Origin: Burkholderiales bacterium
GTDB lineage: Bacteria; Pseudomonadota; Gammaproteobacteria; Burkholderiales; SG8-41
Direction of reading: 5' to 3'
Length of the DNA stretch: 64,000 nucleotides
Assembly (NCBI GenBank): GCA_019751125.1
Contig: JAIENU010000074.1
Location: 10,464-74,463 of the forward strand
The stretch's first letter is position 1, and the number at the start of each line of letters is the position of its first letter. Below, in pieces: positions 62,028 to 64,000 of the stretch. The position numbers and the translations under genes were made by a program. The notes beneath the pieces are model-generated. The model searched no databases. It was not told where the DNA came from and saw nothing but the letters and a program-made list of their open reading frames with translations.

Positions 62028-64000
62028 ATGAGTAACAACATGAAATTCCGCAGCGAACTGACTGCCAGCGGTGGGCGTTACGCCTATTGCGATCTGCGCG
62101 CGCTGGCGCGTGAACCGGGCCTCGAAGGCCTTAACACGCTGCCCTTCACCTTGCGCATCCTCGCCGAGAACCTGGCGCGCCACCTGGATGCCGCCGATGT
62201 TGACCCTGTGATGCTGCAGCGGCTGGCCCGTGGCGAACGCGGTTTCGAGATGCCGTACCGGCCGGCAAGGGTGCTGCTGCAGGACTTGCTGGGCGTGCCG
62301 GTGATGGTTGACCTGGCGGCGCTGCGTGATGCCGTGGCCGAGGCGGGCGGTGATCCGCGCACGGTGAATCCGGTGATTCCGGTGGATTTTGTGATGGACC
62401 ATTCGCTGATCGCCGATGTTTCGGGATCAAAGGATGCGGCCCGGCGCAATTCCGAAATCCAGTTCGAGCGCAACCGCGAACGTTTCGCCTTTCTGGCCTG
62501 GTGCCAGCAGGCTTTCGACAATTTCCGCGTGGTTCCGCCGGACAGCGGCATCGTCCACCAGATCAACCTTGAGCGGCTGGCCCGCGGCGTGTGGACTCGT
62601 GAAGTGCAGGGGGGGCTGCCGCTGGCCTATCCCGACACACTGGTGTGCAACGACAGCCATACGCCGATGGTCAGCGGCATCGGCGTGCTTGGCTGGGGTG
62701 TCGGCGGCATCGAGGCCGAGGCGGCGATGCTGGGCCGCGCGCTGTCGATGCGCGTGCCCGAGGTGCTGGGTGTGCGCGTCAGTGGCGAACTGCCGCCGGG
62801 CGCCACGGCCACCGACCTGGTGCTCACTGTGACCGAGCGTCTGCGCCAGACCGGCGTGGTCGGCAAGCTGGTCGAGTTCTACGGTCCGGGACTGGATCGC
62901 CTGCCGGTGACGGACCGCGCGACGCTGGCGAACATGGCACCGGAGTACGGCGCGACCTGCGTTTATTTCCCCTTCGACCGCCTGTGCCTGGACTACATGG
63001 CCTTCACCGGCCGTGACGCGCGCACGCTGGCACTGGTCGAGGCCTACGCCAAGGCGCAGGGCCTGTGGCGCGATGGCGATACTGCGGAGCCGCGTTTTGA
63101 CGCGACGATCGAGCTCGACCTCGGCACGGTCGAGCGTTGTATCGCCGGTCCGCGGCGGCCGCAGGAACGTATCGCGCTACCGAATGCAGCAAAGCAGTTT
63201 GCTGCCGACCTGCCGACGCTGGCGCGCGACAAACGCAGTTCGCCGCTGCAGGACGTGGCGGTGGCGGGACGCACGCACACATTGACCGATGGCGATGTGG
63301 TGATTGCCGCGATCACCAGCTGCACCAATACTTCCAATCCGGCGAACATGATTGCCGCCGGCCTGCTGGCGCGTAATGCCGCGTCCAAAGGCCTGCGCGC
63401 GCAGCCCTGGGTGAAGACTTCATTTGCACCGGGTTCCAAGGTGGTGATGGCCTATCTCGAACGAGCGGGGCTGGTCGCGCCGCTGGAGGCGCTGGGTTTC
63501 CATCTAACCGGTTTCGGCTGCACCACCTGCAACGGCAATTCCGGTCCGATCGACGCAGGCATCGAAGCGGCAATCCGCGAGCATGAGCTGGTGTCGGTGG
63601 CGGTGATTTCCGGCAACCGCAATTTCGAGGGCCGCGTGCATCCGCATGCCCGTGCCGCCTATCTCGCATCGCCGCCGCTGGTGGTGGCTTATGCCATCGC
63701 CGGCACCATGCGACGGGATTTCGAAACCGAGGCTTTGGGCACCGGGTCTGATGGTAAGCCATTGTTTTTAAAGGATTTATGGCCCAGCCCCGAGGAGGTC
63801 GCAAATACCCTGGCGCAGTGCCTGAGCACGGAGCTGTATGTCAAAAGTTATGCGCAGCTGTTTGAAGGCAGTGCCGAGTGGCGTGCGCTGCGTGGTGAGG
63901 CGAGTGCGCGTTTCAACTGGCGCGCGGGCAGCACCTTTCTGCGCCGGCCGCCGTTTTTTGAGGATGTGCCGGCGCAGCCGCGGCCGCTACCGCCGTTCAG
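62028..64000 (+). CDS. acnA: aconitate hydratase, AcnA family (3' end outside the window)
   Basis: My own translation of the frame starting at ATG 62028 gives [62 protein letters not shown] and SGNRNFEGR. It is absent from the ORF track because there is no stop codon before the window end. Confidence 0.85.
   Translation, partial: [657 protein letters not shown]

Noticed and set aside
1-64000. Scan for rRNA, tRNA, CRISPR arrays, retron or DGR-like repeats and group II intron signatures.
   Set aside because: - No cloverleaf-like sequences were seen in the intergenic spacers.
- No regularly spaced direct repeats were seen.
- No reverse-transcriptase motifs appear in any frame I inspected.
- The scan was visual, so small RNAs could have been missed.

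Overview
This is a GC-rich chromosomal segment (GC judged by eye, not computed) of about 58 tightly packed genes. It most resembles a Burkholderiales-type betaproteobacterium, because it carries nine Bug/TctC-family periplasmic solute receptors and no TctA/TctB membrane partners.

Most of the window is a patchwork of accessory catabolic modules:
- Left edge: SirB1-like protein, NfeD-SPFH pair, MlaA, gabD.
- Two TauD/TfdA dioxygenase modules and three GntR/FCD regulators, one with a tandem wHTH.
- Three fluoroacetate-dehalogenase-like alpha/beta hydrolases.
- A tandem glycine riboswitch in front of a dadA-like flavoenzyme.
- tcuAB (tricarballylate dehydrogenase).
- A roughly 12-kb same-strand operon bracketed by two gamma-glutamyltransferase paralogs, containing a three-subunit opine/D-hydroxyproline-dehydrogenase-like flavoenzyme.
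- A CoA-transferase/ACMSD-like module and a PdxA-like/PrpD-like/HpcH-aldolase/BKACE module.
- An orphan HlyB-type ABC exporter and a 3'-truncated aconitase.

Two small, visibly AT-richer insertions stand out as likely horizontally acquired defence-type cargo:
- 41.5-43.6 kb: a DUF4041 + T5orf172/GIY-YIG-like protein directly downstream of a HigB/HigA-type toxin-antitoxin pair that has a perfect palindromic operator.
- 56.5-57.9 kb: a HEPN/AbiU2-like protein plus a small secreted protein, next to a REP-like palindromic element.

A conserved AT-rich element of about 15-30 nt (core ATTGTTTTTATTGA) recurs in at least five short intergenic spacers and is not explained by any feature class I can name.

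I found no rRNA, tRNA, CRISPR array, transposase or integrase. All functional calls come from motif recognition by eye, and no searches were run.
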